DNA of 64,000 bases from NCBI GenBank assembly GCA_951406725.2, contig OX597814.1, positions 116,684,001 through 116,748,000 on the forward strand, in the 5' to 3' direction. The position numbers were made by a program, and so were the translations under genes. The DNA comes from Octopus vulgaris. Taxonomy: Eukaryota. The notes under the pieces were generated by a model. It was not told the DNA's origin. It saw only the letters and a program-made list of their open reading frames with translations, and ran no database searches. Position 1 is the first letter of the stretch. Every line of letters begins with the position of its first letter. Positions 25,824-39,071 of the stretch are shown one piece after another.

Positions 25824-27395
25824 ACAGTAAGACCCAAAGGTGTCAGGTAATGTTAAGAGCTATGGATAGACCATAGTTAAGCTCCAGGTTCGGTGATTAT
25901 GCGAATAGGAGTCCCACGTAGGTCATATATCAGCATGAGTATATGTAATTTGCTTTTTCAGAATGCCGCTCACCTCCATTCTTTTAGATACGATAAACAT
26001 AGTAAATCTACAACACTCGCCAACCACATACATCATCTCAAAAATACAAATATACCCTATAATCTAACATGGTCCATACTGGACTCAGGTCTTCCCTGCC
26101 GAGACACTTGACATATTAAAGCACAACTCTCTAACACTGCTAGATAAACATAATGACGCAGCAAGCACATGCAACCACCACTTTTCACACATTCAAATTC
26201 TACCACAAAACCAAATGCCTAAACGACCATACAGTATATTTCAAAAATGCCCCTCAGGTAATCCCAATAACTTTATAAATCTAGACTTTAAATCTTAATA
26301 CCTATCTAACACCTCACTCATACTCGAATATCACAACCACCTATATTCGTGTGTATATGTGTGTATGCATGTGTGCGTGTATGTGTATGTGTGTGTATGC
26401 GTGTACCTATATATGTGTGTGTGAATGTATGTATGTATGCAAGGTATATATACCTGCGTGGAAGGGGCAATAATACATAGATACACGTATATATGGGTGT
26501 GCATGTGTACATATACATATGAATACGAGTTGTATATGTAGATGATGATATGTATAAACATCTCTCTAAATATATATATATACATATCTAATATATACAT
26601 ATGTATACATCTTCACATATTTATTTTCTACTACTAAGCATTGACCTGTCCATCCACCTAATCTATATTCCTAAATTCTTCATTCCATACTACTACCCCT
26701 GTCTCTGCCCCATCACTTAGAATCTATCACTACATAACTGACACTCCTTTACCTTTTACTTTATGATACCTCTCTCTCTATATATATCACCCCATTCCTA
26801 TCTTTTTACACTCTAATACATTTCTCCCTCTATCACCCTCATCTCCCCATTCCTACTTTCAAATTATCTTCACTGACCACTTGACTGGTACACTTTCCCT
26901 TATTATCACTCTCCTTTTTCTTTTTTCTTTTTTCTTTCTCTTCTTTATTCCTCTCTTCCTGTTATTTTTCTTCCTTTTTTCTTCTTTTTCCTCTTTTTTC
27001 TCTTTTCATTATCACTCTCTTCCTGTTTTCGATTTGACCTTACAGATACATTCCCTACTTTTAGGTTGCTCTAAATAAAACCCTTGATTCAATAGCAGTG
27101 TACAATCTCTATACTTGGAATGACCAATTTTAAATACTATTCGATTTTACTCACAAGGTATTGGAATCATATATGTATAACACTCTGCCTAAATAATGGA
27201 CTTACAAATGGAATATCCCTGCATATCTCACATCTATTTTCATTCCTCCACATCACCCTCTATTTCGTATCTTATCTAAATTAACTATTGCTTAACACCT
27301 TTCTCACATCTTCTCCGGTGAAGTGATATAATAAATATCCTGAAAACAGCTGTAAGACGTTCTATTTATAAGTGTTCTAAAATCTTCACAGCCTT
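25824..27395 (+). mobile_element. Degenerate PLE: GIY-YIG C-terminal fragment, pLTR with decayed HHR (27311-27358), small inverted RT fragment at ~25830-25925
   Basis: HLHSFRYDKHSKSTTLANHIHHLKNTNIPYNLTWSIL; ttct-CCGGTGA...GAAAACAGCTGTA-agac; minus-strand DL/VGLLF...NYGL. Confidence 0.7.
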
Positions 27396-27464
27396 GGAAA
27401 AAATTGTATATACATACACACACACATATATGCACACACACACATACATATACATATATATATA

Positions 27465-28338
27465 TGATGCGATACGTAAATTGTTGCCATCCTATATTTC
27501 TAATTTTGCCCATGCGCATTGTTTGTTTTGGATTTTGTTGAGTACATATTATTGTATGGTTGGATGGACAGCTTTTGTGAGAAAAACAGCACCATGACGC
27601 ATTTCATACTGCCAGAAATTTGGTAACGACATGCTGTACTGCTTCGCATTCACGTCGGGAGTTCCAATACGAATATTTCAGAGCGTTTGGCTGTCAATTT
27701 GAGAAGAGTGCAACCAGAGGACATGTACGGAGAGTGATAAAATGAAACATCGAGTCAACATCATGGTGTTTGTAGAGATCACTAGAGATAGCGACGGTTT
27801 GCCACCATTCATCTTTTTACACGGATTCAAACTCAAAACGGAGGCCGACATCAATTTCCAGGAGGAGTTAGTGTTGCCGTGGATCACGAGCGTGGCTGCT
27901 GGAAAACGGTATTCCTGGTAACAGGACTCTGTAGCATGCCACACAAGCAGGAGAACCCAATCATGGCTGTCAGACAATTCATGCGACTACATCGCGCCTA
28001 ACAACTGGCCATCCAATTCCCCAGACTGCAACCTAATTGGTTATTATGTGTGGGGCGCAGTTGTGCGAGAGACGAACTATACACCTTGCAACACCAAAGT
28101 TGATCTGAAGGCAAGGATTCACCAACTTAAACAGGGCGACCGTCCAGAAGTGTAGCAAGAGATTTAGAAGTCGTCTGGAGAAGGTGGTTGAAGTCAATGG
28201 CGATTTTATGGAATAAATTTACAGCTTAGTATCTCAAGATATTTTTACGCAATTTTTGTAAATATTACTAAAAAATGAGAAGTCAGTGTAATTTTCAATT
28301 TTGCGTAATTTTGACGACAGTTTATTCCCCGCCCCTCC

Positions 28339-28340
<2 letters not shown>
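27465..28340 (+). mobile_element. Internally deleted DD37D (maT-like) transposon
   Basis: WQQDS..CHTSRRTQSWL...WPSNSPDCNLI(G)YYVWG; 37 residues between the second D and the third catalytic position, which is D in the 24255 copy. Confidence 0.85.
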
Positions 28341-28418
<78 letters not shown>

Positions 28419-29528
28419 TCATATATTCATACGCACACTGAATTACATACACATATACACTAAGATGTGTATCTCTTGTGTATATAGTAAGTACGTTAAT
28501 GTTTGGTTTAATTCTAAGCTAAATATATTGCTAATAGAACGGGTTCAATTTTTCACTTCCTTTATACAAAATTGTTTAGTTATTTCATTTCAATGCTTGC
28601 AGTGTTGTACTATCACATTTTTCCCGAACGTATGTGTGAAAGCACTGAGAAAATGGGTGTCTTCTCCAAAATATATGTATGTATATATATATAAAGTTGT
28701 AAAATCATGGTGGATAAAATGTCATATCTGTATGGATATCTGTATGGAACAGTGCAGGAGATTACGAATTTTAAATTAACTGTCATGTATTTTTTCTATG
28801 GCTGGTGGCTTCCTATTTCACAGAAAATAATTTATTTTCCTAGAATTTATGATTCTTTTAATTATTTCTTTTAAGATTCTTTTCACTTTTAAAGAATACT
28901 GGAACAACATTCGGAGTTAGATTTTCTCGGTTACCATATCCGATTAAATGGATTCTGAAATTGAATTTAAAAAAAACTTTGACATCTGTAAATCTTTACG
29001 AGAAATTACTATTGGTGACGATTTTCTCGGAATCGAGCCAACTTTTACAAGTTTAATTAAAGTTGACAAATTCACACAGTAAGTCAGATTTCCAGGGTAA
29101 ATTTAATCGAAGATAATCTATATGTATTTTATGACATGCTATAAAGAATTTAAATTAACTTTATATTCAAATTTTTTTCTAAAGCAAGGGTATCTTGAAA
29201 TGGAATTTAATAGAGAGAAACTATAAGACTTGACATCTCAATATCTTTACGTGAAATCAATAAAGGTGACGATTTTCTCAAGACTCCAACATTTTTCACA
29301 AGTTTAAATAAGTGTTTAATTAAAGACTGATAATTCGTGTTAAAAAATTCAAATTCCCTAGGGAAATTATTCGATGGCGATCTGTACGACATGTATAATA
29401 CTGCGAAGAAGAGATAATATTATTTGAATATCAAAGGATTGTTCCACAGCGAGGCTCGAAGTATGTATATTTACTCTATAAAATCATCCATGACACATTC
29501 ATCTGGAAGTGCCATTATGTAACCAGGC

Positions 29529-29559
<31 letters not shown>

Positions 29560-29611
29560 GTAATAATAATAATAATGATAATAGTAATAATAAAATTAAT
29601 AATAATGATAA

Positions 29612-30173
29612 ATTCCCTGATGCAGTACCAGGCAGTGGCTCTTGTGGTTCTGATCTTAACTGATTGGAAGTGTTATCATGTACATTGTTTTGTCTTGGTA
29701 TAAAAGGCGGGCTACAGCAAATATTTTGCTCAATACCACAGATATGCTTGTCAGTTGTTTGACCTTAACCATTTGAGGATGTCCCTTAATAGCTGACGAT
29801 ATGTGTATCTCTGATCACGAGCAGAAGTAGTGGAGGGGCATCATAGCCATGTGTTGAGAGTAATTATTTGGGGTTTGAATCATTCACCTCTGGAAACATG
29901 GGTGTTTTGTTCAACATCCTTAAATAAACAACTCTTATTGAGGGACCTTTTGAGCGGGATGGGTTACTCGACCTGAAGAAAATTCTAACTGGGCTCCACC
30001 TGCAAGGTCATGTGCTGTTTATCTTGATATGAGATCACCATGTCACGCAAGTATGGTTGTGATGCATGTGCCTGGTGTACTCTTATCAGACGGGTATTCA
30101 TGATGGGTATACTGGGCTTCGGATATTTTACCCCAGTGTCATTTGATGGCATGCACTGCTCTCTCACTCACTC

Positions 30174-30174
<1 letters not shown>
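29612..30174 (+). mobile_element. 3' UTR-like remnant of a non-LTR element inserted in (TAA)n
   Basis: Non-coding block flanked on both sides by (TAA)n at 29530-29610 and 30175-30230. Confidence 0.6.
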
Positions 30175-30230
<56 letters not shown>

Positions 30231-30539
30231 CTCATCACAATAACCCCCACGGGTAAATATATCAAATACAAATGCATTGAACAAAGGAGTGAATGTGGCT
30301 GGAACTGATAAAAGTGTATATGAGGGTATGTGTGGTTTCTCTGAGCGTTGGCTAGCACCCTAACTTGTAATGGTGTGACGTGGAAACTACGGATGATTGC
30401 ACAATCGTATAAATGCTACTTCTAAATAAGGGGTCTCAACTTCAAATAATTATCATAACTTCGTTACTAGGACTGTAACTGTTAACAGTGAAGGTATCGT
30501 GCACGGCAGACAAGAAGTGTTTGATCCAGTTCAGGCAGG

Positions 30540-30720
30540 GCGTCATCAAGCTGTTATTACCCGGTTGTACATAAAGGGAGACCAGGTGGAATAGGAGTAA
30601 TTGTTGTGGATTGTGTACAGATGAAAAAAAACGACAAAATATATTTACAGAACTGCACGAAGAAATTAGTAAAGTGAATAAAGTGCTCGTGATCAAGTGT
30701 GAAAAAGGAGAAAAGGCCAA
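30540..30720 (+). pseudogene. R4/Dong-like RT C-terminal remnant
   Basis: Frameshifted RLYIK/GRPGGIGVIVVDCVQ resembles the RLY.PR..GGRGL...DC motif. Confidence 0.5.
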
Positions 30721-31181
30721 GGATGAATTTTAAAGATATCATGTTAAACGCATTGAAAAGTAACTTCTGCGTGTCAGTTTTGAAAATCCGTTGAGAAGGT
30801 ATATAAAACATATACCTGGACTTAATTAAAAAAAGGGGGTAATTAATAAAGGAGACAGAAAATCTTATTATAACACTCAAAAGAAGGAGTAACCTGCTAT
30901 CCTCATAAATTTTATCAGGTATAATAACGAGTCTCTGTCAAATTAATAATACGAATAATAGGAGCATTAGGTACCAGCAAATAACTACCAGCTGAGCATT
31001 AAAGTCGATTAAATCGGTCTTAATGTTCAATTGGTACTTATTTTATCGATCTCGAAGGATGGAAAGCAAAGCCGATCTCCACAAAATTTGAACTGAGAAT
31101 TTATAGACGGACGAAATATAGCTTAGCATTGTGCTTCACATACTTACGATTCTATTGGATAGCGTTCGTACCAGTTCACCG

Positions 31182-31237
<56 letters not shown>

Positions 31238-31645
31238 TTATATTTCTTCAAAGGCACTGCGTCTCACATTTGGGTGAGGTGTATTATCGATAATCGCCTG
31301 CATTACATTGAATGTACTTGTTTTTCCCGAGCGAAAGAAGGGTGAAAGCAAGTATAACTGTCCAGGGAATAAGTGTAAAATATTTATCACAAAGAATTGT
31401 GTCTGAATCTCAATAGACTTTTCCAATACACTGTACTCCCAAATTGATGCAGAGAAGATGTAATATATAATACAGAGTAAAATATCTTCAGAGCAATGAG
31501 TGAATTTAAATTAGAATTTATAGGGAAACGAATGCGGATCACTGAGTTCAATTATGCTACATTGTATGTAAATCAATGGACATGTGTATATTTCAGGAAG
31601 GTACACTGTAGAAGTGTGCTTGCGATATAAGGTTAATCAAAAATC

Positions 31646-31741
31646 GCATTAGGAGTGGCTGTTCGATAAGTAGTTTGCTTACGAAACAGATGGTTCGGGT
31701 TCTGCTATAGCCTTGTCAGTGGATTTGGTAGACGCCCGTCG

Positions 31742-31840
<99 letters not shown>

Positions 31841-32040
31841 TTGTGTGTCTGTTTTCTTCCCCCAACATCAATTCACAACCGATGCTGGTGTGTTTACGTC
31901 CCCGAACTTAGCAGTTCGGCAAAAGACCCCGATAGAATAAGTAGTAGATTTACAAATAATATGTCCCGGGGTTGATTTGCTCGACTAAAGGCGGTGCTTC
32001 AGCATGCCCCCTGTCAAATGACTGAAAAAAGTAAAAGAGT
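31646..32040 (+). mobile_element. tRNA-derived SINE family A
   Basis: Reverse complement of 20343-20741 with expanded TA/GT tract. Confidence 0.85.
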
Positions 32041-32379
32041 ATTTGATAAAAATTGAAAAATAGTAAATAAAAAGCAATTTGCATGTCGACTTTCGCAATG
32101 ACAAATCTCACTCCATTAAGTGTGAGTAGATACGTCATAATATTTATTGTTGAGCACTAACGTGACGTTTATCTTTTACATGCTTTTATATGAGAACAGT
32201 CAAACAACTGACCACCCGACGGTGTGTTTGATATACCTTAATATATATGTCAGAGAAAATAAAGATAGTTTCTGTACACGTTAACGTTACATTGGTGACA
32301 CTAAGTTAAAACTCTTAGGAGCAATACTATACTATTTATTTCTAACATAGCAAGGTATATAAAATTCAATGCATGTATA

Positions 32380-32502
32380 TAACGTAGGCTCGAAACGTAA
32401 AGGTCTTTTTCACTGTGTTCGTTTCTGTCGAAGAGTGTAGGCTCGAAATGTAAAGACTTTCTCACTTCCCAAGCGTTAAACACAGCCGTCATCGATTTTG
32501 TC

Positions 32503-32510
<8 letters not shown>
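32380..32510 (+). repeat. Short element with tandem HHR-like motifs (degenerate)
   Basis: gtaggctcGAAAcgTA at 32384, then CTGTCGA-a-gagt/gctc-GAAA-tg-TA at 32425-32452; related to 58365 and 61650. Confidence 0.55.
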
Positions 32511-32548
<38 letters not shown>

Positions 32549-32999
32549 GCATACACATTCATTTATAGTAATTTTCGTAGCCACTTCAACATGGCTGTTC
32601 CGTTCGAACGGACTTTTGAACAGCAAGAAGGCATTTCCTTTACCTGGTTAACGATGCACAGCTGCATCCGAAATATTGTGAGCAAGGGAAAGAACCACTA
32701 CCATACTCTGGCGACGGGACCAGCATACTAGCGTGTTTTTTGAGTAATTTTTCCCTCTTTTCAGTACTGGACATCTCGTCCATTAGAGATGGCAGTAGCT
32801 CGCTTCTGCATGCAATATATATAAATGTAAGCTATGGTCTTGAAGCGAGTGCAAAAGCTAGTTCTAAAATCTCCCTAAGAGATGATCGCAGTAGTTGTAC
32901 TAGAAAATAAATTTCATAGCCACTTCATAATGGCTGTTCTTTTCGAACGGACGTTACTGCAATTTAAGTTTAACAACAAAATATACGCCCAAGAGAAAA

Positions 33000-33500
33000 C
33001 GCAGCCATCGGTGTCAGTGTCGCTGGCAATATGGCTCACCTATTAATGGTATAGTTTGATCGGGGACTCAAAGTGAAATTAGCAGAGAAATTCATAACCC
33101 TAACCATGTCCTCCTGCTATGTGGATGATGTCAACTTAGTAGCCAAAGCACCCCTACAAGACAATGTTGATGATAGCTAACACTATGAGCATCGAGCAAA
33201 TAGCGAATTCCATTCCTCAGAGTTTCAAAGTAACGATAGACTACCCTAAGAAGCACCCCAACTATAGGCTACCCGTTAGAAATCAATCAGGTTAGAAATC
33301 ACGAACAATAAGGTCCATATCATTCACTCTCGTTATGCTAAACTCATGGCCTCTAAATACATTGTCCAGAAGAACACAGCCATAGTGGGCAATGCCAAGT
33401 TCAATATTCTTATAGCAGCCTTGGTGAGAGTGATGAGGAATGTGTTTCCCATGTGCTACCCTATAGAATCGGAATCAAACAACACTTCATCCACCGCATG
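33000..33500 (+). pseudogene. Degenerate PLE reverse transcriptase fragment (lineage distinct from 35481 and 48369)
   Basis: AIGVSVAGNMAHLLM, CYVDDVNLV, IANSIPQSFKVTIDYPKKHPNYRLPV, YAKLMASKY...KFNIL...LVRVMRN. Confidence 0.7.
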
Positions 33501-33712
33501 CAGTTTTCTACATACGGTAACTTCACAGACCGCCACAACAATAACAAAAACACGACTAACAACAAGAGCAACAGCTGTAAGAAAATGGCAACAACAACTA
33601 CTACGATAGCATAAGCGTGGGCGAACACAAACACAATGATTTACAAGAACTGCTGTCTTCCAATACCTGTCTTTTGATAACTCTGAGAGTTATAGTGCTA
33701 CTAAGAATAATC

Positions 33713-33759
<47 letters not shown>

Positions 33760-34267
33760 TGTACATATACAAAAGCACACACGCATGCGCATATAAGGAT
33801 ACACAACATAGAAGAACAGAATGGAATAAACAACACGAAGCCAGAAAGTGTCGGTGAAGAAGAGACAGATGTTTGACGAAAGATTTCCGGACTATGAACG
33901 TGAGTTAGAATAAGAATAGTAATAAATGAGTGAAGAACGAATATATAGTGCGTGTGTTCATTTGGGAAAAAAATGACCGCCCAAAAAATACAACAATACA
34001 TATATACATACACACACATTTATATACATATACATGGATACATACATACATACATATAATATCAAGAGTAGTAAGGAATGTGAGAAATTTCTGCTACTAG
34101 CGGCCTAGTGTGTAAAACTTTAGTCAATAGACTATATATTATTCATATATATACAGTGTACACTTAAACATCCATCATAGGACTCGTTGTACGCTAGAAA
34201 GAACTGTTCTTTCTAGCGTGCAACTAGTCCTATGTTGGATGCCTCTTATGTGTTTAAATGTCCCATG

Positions 34268-34343
<76 letters not shown>

Positions 34344-35227
34344 CATATACATATATATGCTCGGTATCGAAAACGTTTTCACCTATTATTTTCCATATAA
34401 AAGTGCCACATACTTGTAAATCGAAATTTTATTTTTGTAGAAAGGTATCCAGATATATTAGAGAATAAATTACTCGGAGGAATTACTAAGTTTATCACCA
34501 GTAATGCCAAAGAAACTGATATAGTAAAATGGTAAAGAAAATAAAAGAAGCAGTCGATATAAAATTGTTCAAATAACCAACTGCGTATTTTGAAAAACAA
34601 GTTTTTATATAATGTTGATTCAAAAATATGGCACAAGGCCAGCAATATCGCGGTAAATAATTCTGTCAGGCCACGACAAACATGCGATGTTCTTGAAGCC
34701 GAGGATTTTAAACTTACGGGGACACTATTAACATATCGCATGACGAAACACAACTATATCTCATTAAGTTGGGAAACGGTTTCATAATCAAGCACCTGAA
34801 CACATGCAAACTATATCGCGTCGAAACAAATCTGGTGATTAAAAAATAAATGTCCAACTGTACCCCTTCTTGTTGAATCCAATTTCTTTAAATACCTATT
34901 CACAAACGATGCCCAAACTGAAACCTGATAGTAGGTATGGTACTACTACTACAACCGGGGGTTGCGTAGTTATTGAGCACACGTGGCACCCGTTGCACCT
35001 CTACAGGTAATGTCGATTTGAACTTTCTGTGAGGAGTGCAAAATCCAGCTGAGAATCCTTCAGGGAAATGATATATCTCTAACAAAGCAGAGCGATAGAG
35101 TAATAGTCAGGATAGTAGGAAACGATGAAAGATACCTTTTCATGGTGAGGTGCAAACATCCCTTTAGATGTCTGAGGTTATAAAATATGTACATGTGTAA
35201 AGATATATGTATGTGTATATATCTATG

Positions 35228-35277
<50 letters not shown>

Positions 35278-35480
35278 TATATGTATATATGTATAAGGAT
35301 GAAAAGGGACACACGAGTTGATATATATGAAAAACAAGCCAAGATAGAAAATGCTAAAATAATTTTATAAAGAACATTTAAGTACCGGTTACGGTCATTT
35401 GAGACCGTTTCAAATGTAACAATTAAAAAAATAAATTGTGAATTCTTGGTAGGGAAGAAGAAGAAGAAGAAGGAGGAGGA

Positions 35481-36662
35481 GGATATCTAGAGATCAGTCT
35501 GTATCGTAAGGTTCTAGAAAGATATGGCAGCCCTTTCTCCCTCTACATAGAAAACAACTGGAAGAGATACCTAGATGACTGTTTCATTCTTTGGCTTGAA
35601 AATATAGAGAAACTCAAAGAATTCCAAGCAATATTAAATGGACTGGACGTAAACATTCAATTCACGATGGAATATAGCCAGCAACAACTTCCCTTCCTCG
35701 ACATCCTCATTAAGAAATCTAATAATGTAATAGAAACAGATATATACTATAAGCCTACAAATTCCAAGCAATATCTACCATTCACTTCATGCCACCCAAG
35801 ACACACCAGAATGAATATCCCCTTCAATCTAGCAAAAAGGATATGTACTATAGTTTCTAATGCAAACACCGGAGACACACAACTACATGAACTAAAAGAT
35901 ACCCTCAACACCAGGAACTACCCACCTTCACTAATTGACATATACATTCAACGTGCCCTTCAACTCAACATCCAGGAACTCAGACATCCCAAATTAAAGA
36001 AAAGTTTACGACCAAAAGCCTTACCATACATCTCCACACACAACCCTCTCAACAATGATGCCTTCGACACCATCCTCCAAAACATACCCCTGCTGAAAAA
36101 AGACCACAGAATGAATTTAATCCTCCAAACAATGAATTTAATTCTCATAAAAAGCAAGAGACAGCCCAAATCTAGGAAAAGACTCCTAACACAAGCCCGA
36201 ATACGCTCATCAACACAGAAGCCGACAGTAAAAAAATGTGGAAGACCCAATTGCGGGATATGCGATTATCTAATTGAGGAATCAGAGTTCTCCTTCAAAC
36301 AGGGACAACGGTTCACAGTGAAAAGCAACTTCACATGTGCTTCGGAGAACCTGATATACACACTAACCTGCTCTGGGTGTCAAGAGCAATACATAGGCCA
36401 AACAAAAAATAGTTCACGTAAAAGAATGGCCCTGCACAGATCCCAGATAAAAATTCCCCAAAACAGAAAAATAGCATTCAGCCAACACAGATATTTGCGC
36501 CAACAACAAAACTCCAAGCTTCAGGATTTTCCCCTCTACCAATTCAGGGACGCCACAACCTCGCGCCAACGAATAAGTAAAGAAACTCTCTTTATTACAA
36601 AATACAGACCCCTTCTGAACGCATCGACGACAAACGATATATCCACCTCGGCTTTAGAATAA
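35481..36662 (+). pseudogene. PLE RT C-terminal half plus GIY-YIG endonuclease (inverted segment)
   Basis: GYLEISLY...WKRYLDDCFILW, LPFLD, YYKPT, SCHP, KCGRPNCGIC, NLIYTLTCSGCQEQYIGQT; the reading frame is open from 35481 into ORF 35667..36662. Confidence 0.92.
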
Positions 36663-39034
36663 CACAAATACACACGCAAATATTACATTCCTTAGAATCC
36701 ATTAAAAATCAACCCCAATCACAGCTATAACCCACAACGTGCCAACTTTAAGTCATTCAACATCCCACTACTTCCACGCATTCATATTCTCCCTTCTCTT
36801 TCTTCTTCTTCTTCTTTATCTTCTTCTTCTTCTTCTTCTTCTTCTTCTTCTTTTTCTACTACCTCTTCTTCTTCTTCTCCTTCTTCATCATTATCATCAT
36901 TGTCATCGCCATCGTCAGGATCACCTTCTTCTTCTTCTTCTTCTTCTTCTTCTTCTTCTTCTTCTTCTTCTCCCCTCTTCTTCCTGACTTTATCACTGAT
37001 GCTTTTTAGTATAATACCTACTCAAATACTATAAACAAACCTTTCAATAGAAATATTTTCATGAATTGAACAGCAGGAACTGCTAGCAACCACTGACCAA
37101 CGACAATCAAGGCAATCCCAAATCCTTCCTTCCCTTCTCCCCTGTATGGGGTTAACATGGAATTTAGATCCCTCATTATTTTTTGTTGACTGTAGTTTTG
37201 TGCCTTTTCATAATATGTTGTGTCTTCTAACATAGATAGTACTAAAGTTATGTAAAATACCGTGTCCATTAAGACAACTGCGCTCCCTTTATCTGCCTCT
37301 TTGACCGTAATTGTTTTGTCATTTTTTTAATTTGTTCAGCTCAGACCATTCTTTTTTGCTGAAGTTTGGTTTGTGTTTTTGTTTGTGCATATGTTGATAT
37401 GGGTAATTCCATGTGTTCACAGAAATGATCAAGTGTTTTGTTCTTACATTTTGAGGGGGTGTAGTTACCCCTATTTCTGACCAACGATTCGTCCTCGTTG
37501 TATTTGTCATATAGCTCCTCAGTAAGTCGTAATTTTCTACAGAATTCTGCGATGTCTTCTTTCATTTCATTGTAGTTGGGGTGTTGTGGGGTGGGTGTAA
37601 ACTTGAGTCCTTTGGAGACTATATTTATTTGGTTTGCCGTTAGTTCGTTGTGAGTTAGATTGATAATTGTTATCACTTTTGGTTCCTCCTGCCTGTTTGG
37701 TGCTATCTTGTGTCTCTGTGTTTGCGTAGTGGGTCTAAAAAATGAATGCAGTGGTTGGGACGGTAGCCATTATATAGTTGTTCCTTGTCGATGTGGGGTG
37801 TTCTGTGGTGTGTGTTCTTGGAACAGTATTGAGAAGTGCGTCACGATATCCCATATTCGGGTGTGGTGTTTAGGAGGCCTTCGTTGGTAATCATTGCGAG
37901 TGGTGCGGGTTTGTTGTGCATGGTTGTTTGGCACGTTGTTGGAACGAAAATTTCGTTGGTAACTCTTTTGGGTGGGGAGGAGGTTGCAGCGTCTATCCTG
38001 TGGGTATTGATTTATCCTTTCTCTGTTTGAAGTGAGGGCATTCCTGATATTGTATCGCTGGTGGCTTGCAAAGTTAGGGTTAGGTCCTGTATTCTTTTTT
38101 TGATAGAAGTGATGGTTCCGATTTTTAGACAGGTGTATATCAGTGTTTGCATGTTGTTTTTATTTTTTTATTTTCTGGAAAGGATTGGTGGAAGCGTGCT
38201 CTGTTTGAAAGACGGTTTCATAGTTTGAGAACCAAGTGGCGCTTTTCTCCCAGCGTTGGAGAGATTTCAGTTCTTCTTTTTTACAGTCCTCTTTCCATAG
38301 TTTGGAGATCTTCTTGGGTCATTTTGCGAATTTCTTGGTTGATCTCTTCATCGGTGGATTTTACATTATCCTCATTTGTTTGGGCCCTCAATTTTAGAAG
38401 TTCTATTTCCATTTTCATTTTTTCCAGTGCCATTTTCTCCCTGAGGCGTCTTTGTGTTTCAGGTTCCTCTGTAATGGTTTTGATCTGGAATTTACGTGGG
38501 AGGATTAACAGTGTCCGGTTGAGCCATTTTTCGTATATATCCGCTTTGTTGTTGTTTTGGATCACCTTCCAAAAGGCGAACTTTCTATCTCTGAGTGATT
38601 TGTTCCATTGTGGTACTATGTGGTGTTTAGTTTGGTATGTTATTTGAGTATTGATCCCATATATTGACGCGTTTGGAGGTCCTTGGTTAGCGTTGTTAGA
38701 GAAAAATGCTTTAATTGTTTCGCATAAGTTTCCAAGGTTTTCGACGATTTCGGAGGTTGTATTTTTTTCGTATCGGTTTCCTCATTGTTCACTCGATTGG
38801 GTTGATGCGTCGGGTCGAATTTCTTCAAAAATGTTGACAGATTTGTGTTGATCTTCTTGAGTTCTTTCAGTATTTCTTCATTTATGGAAGTGATTGTGTC
38901 TGTTTTTGTCGGCATTTTCTGTATATCGTGTGGGTTAATGATATGTATAAGGATGAAAAGGGACACACGAGTTGATATATATGAAAAAATAAGTCAAGAT
39001 AGAAAATGCTAAAATAATTTTATAAAGAACATTT

Positions 39035-39071
39035 CAGTACCGGTTTCGGTCATTTGAGACCTTTTCAACTG
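39035..39071 (-). ncRNA. Minimal type I hammerhead ribozyme, U3-A8 variant (decayed copy at 35380-35416)
   Basis: Reverse complement cag-TTGAAAA-ggtc-tcaaat-gacc-GAAA-ccgg-TA-ctg; palindromic ACCGGT stem III; GUA site. Confidence 0.75.
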
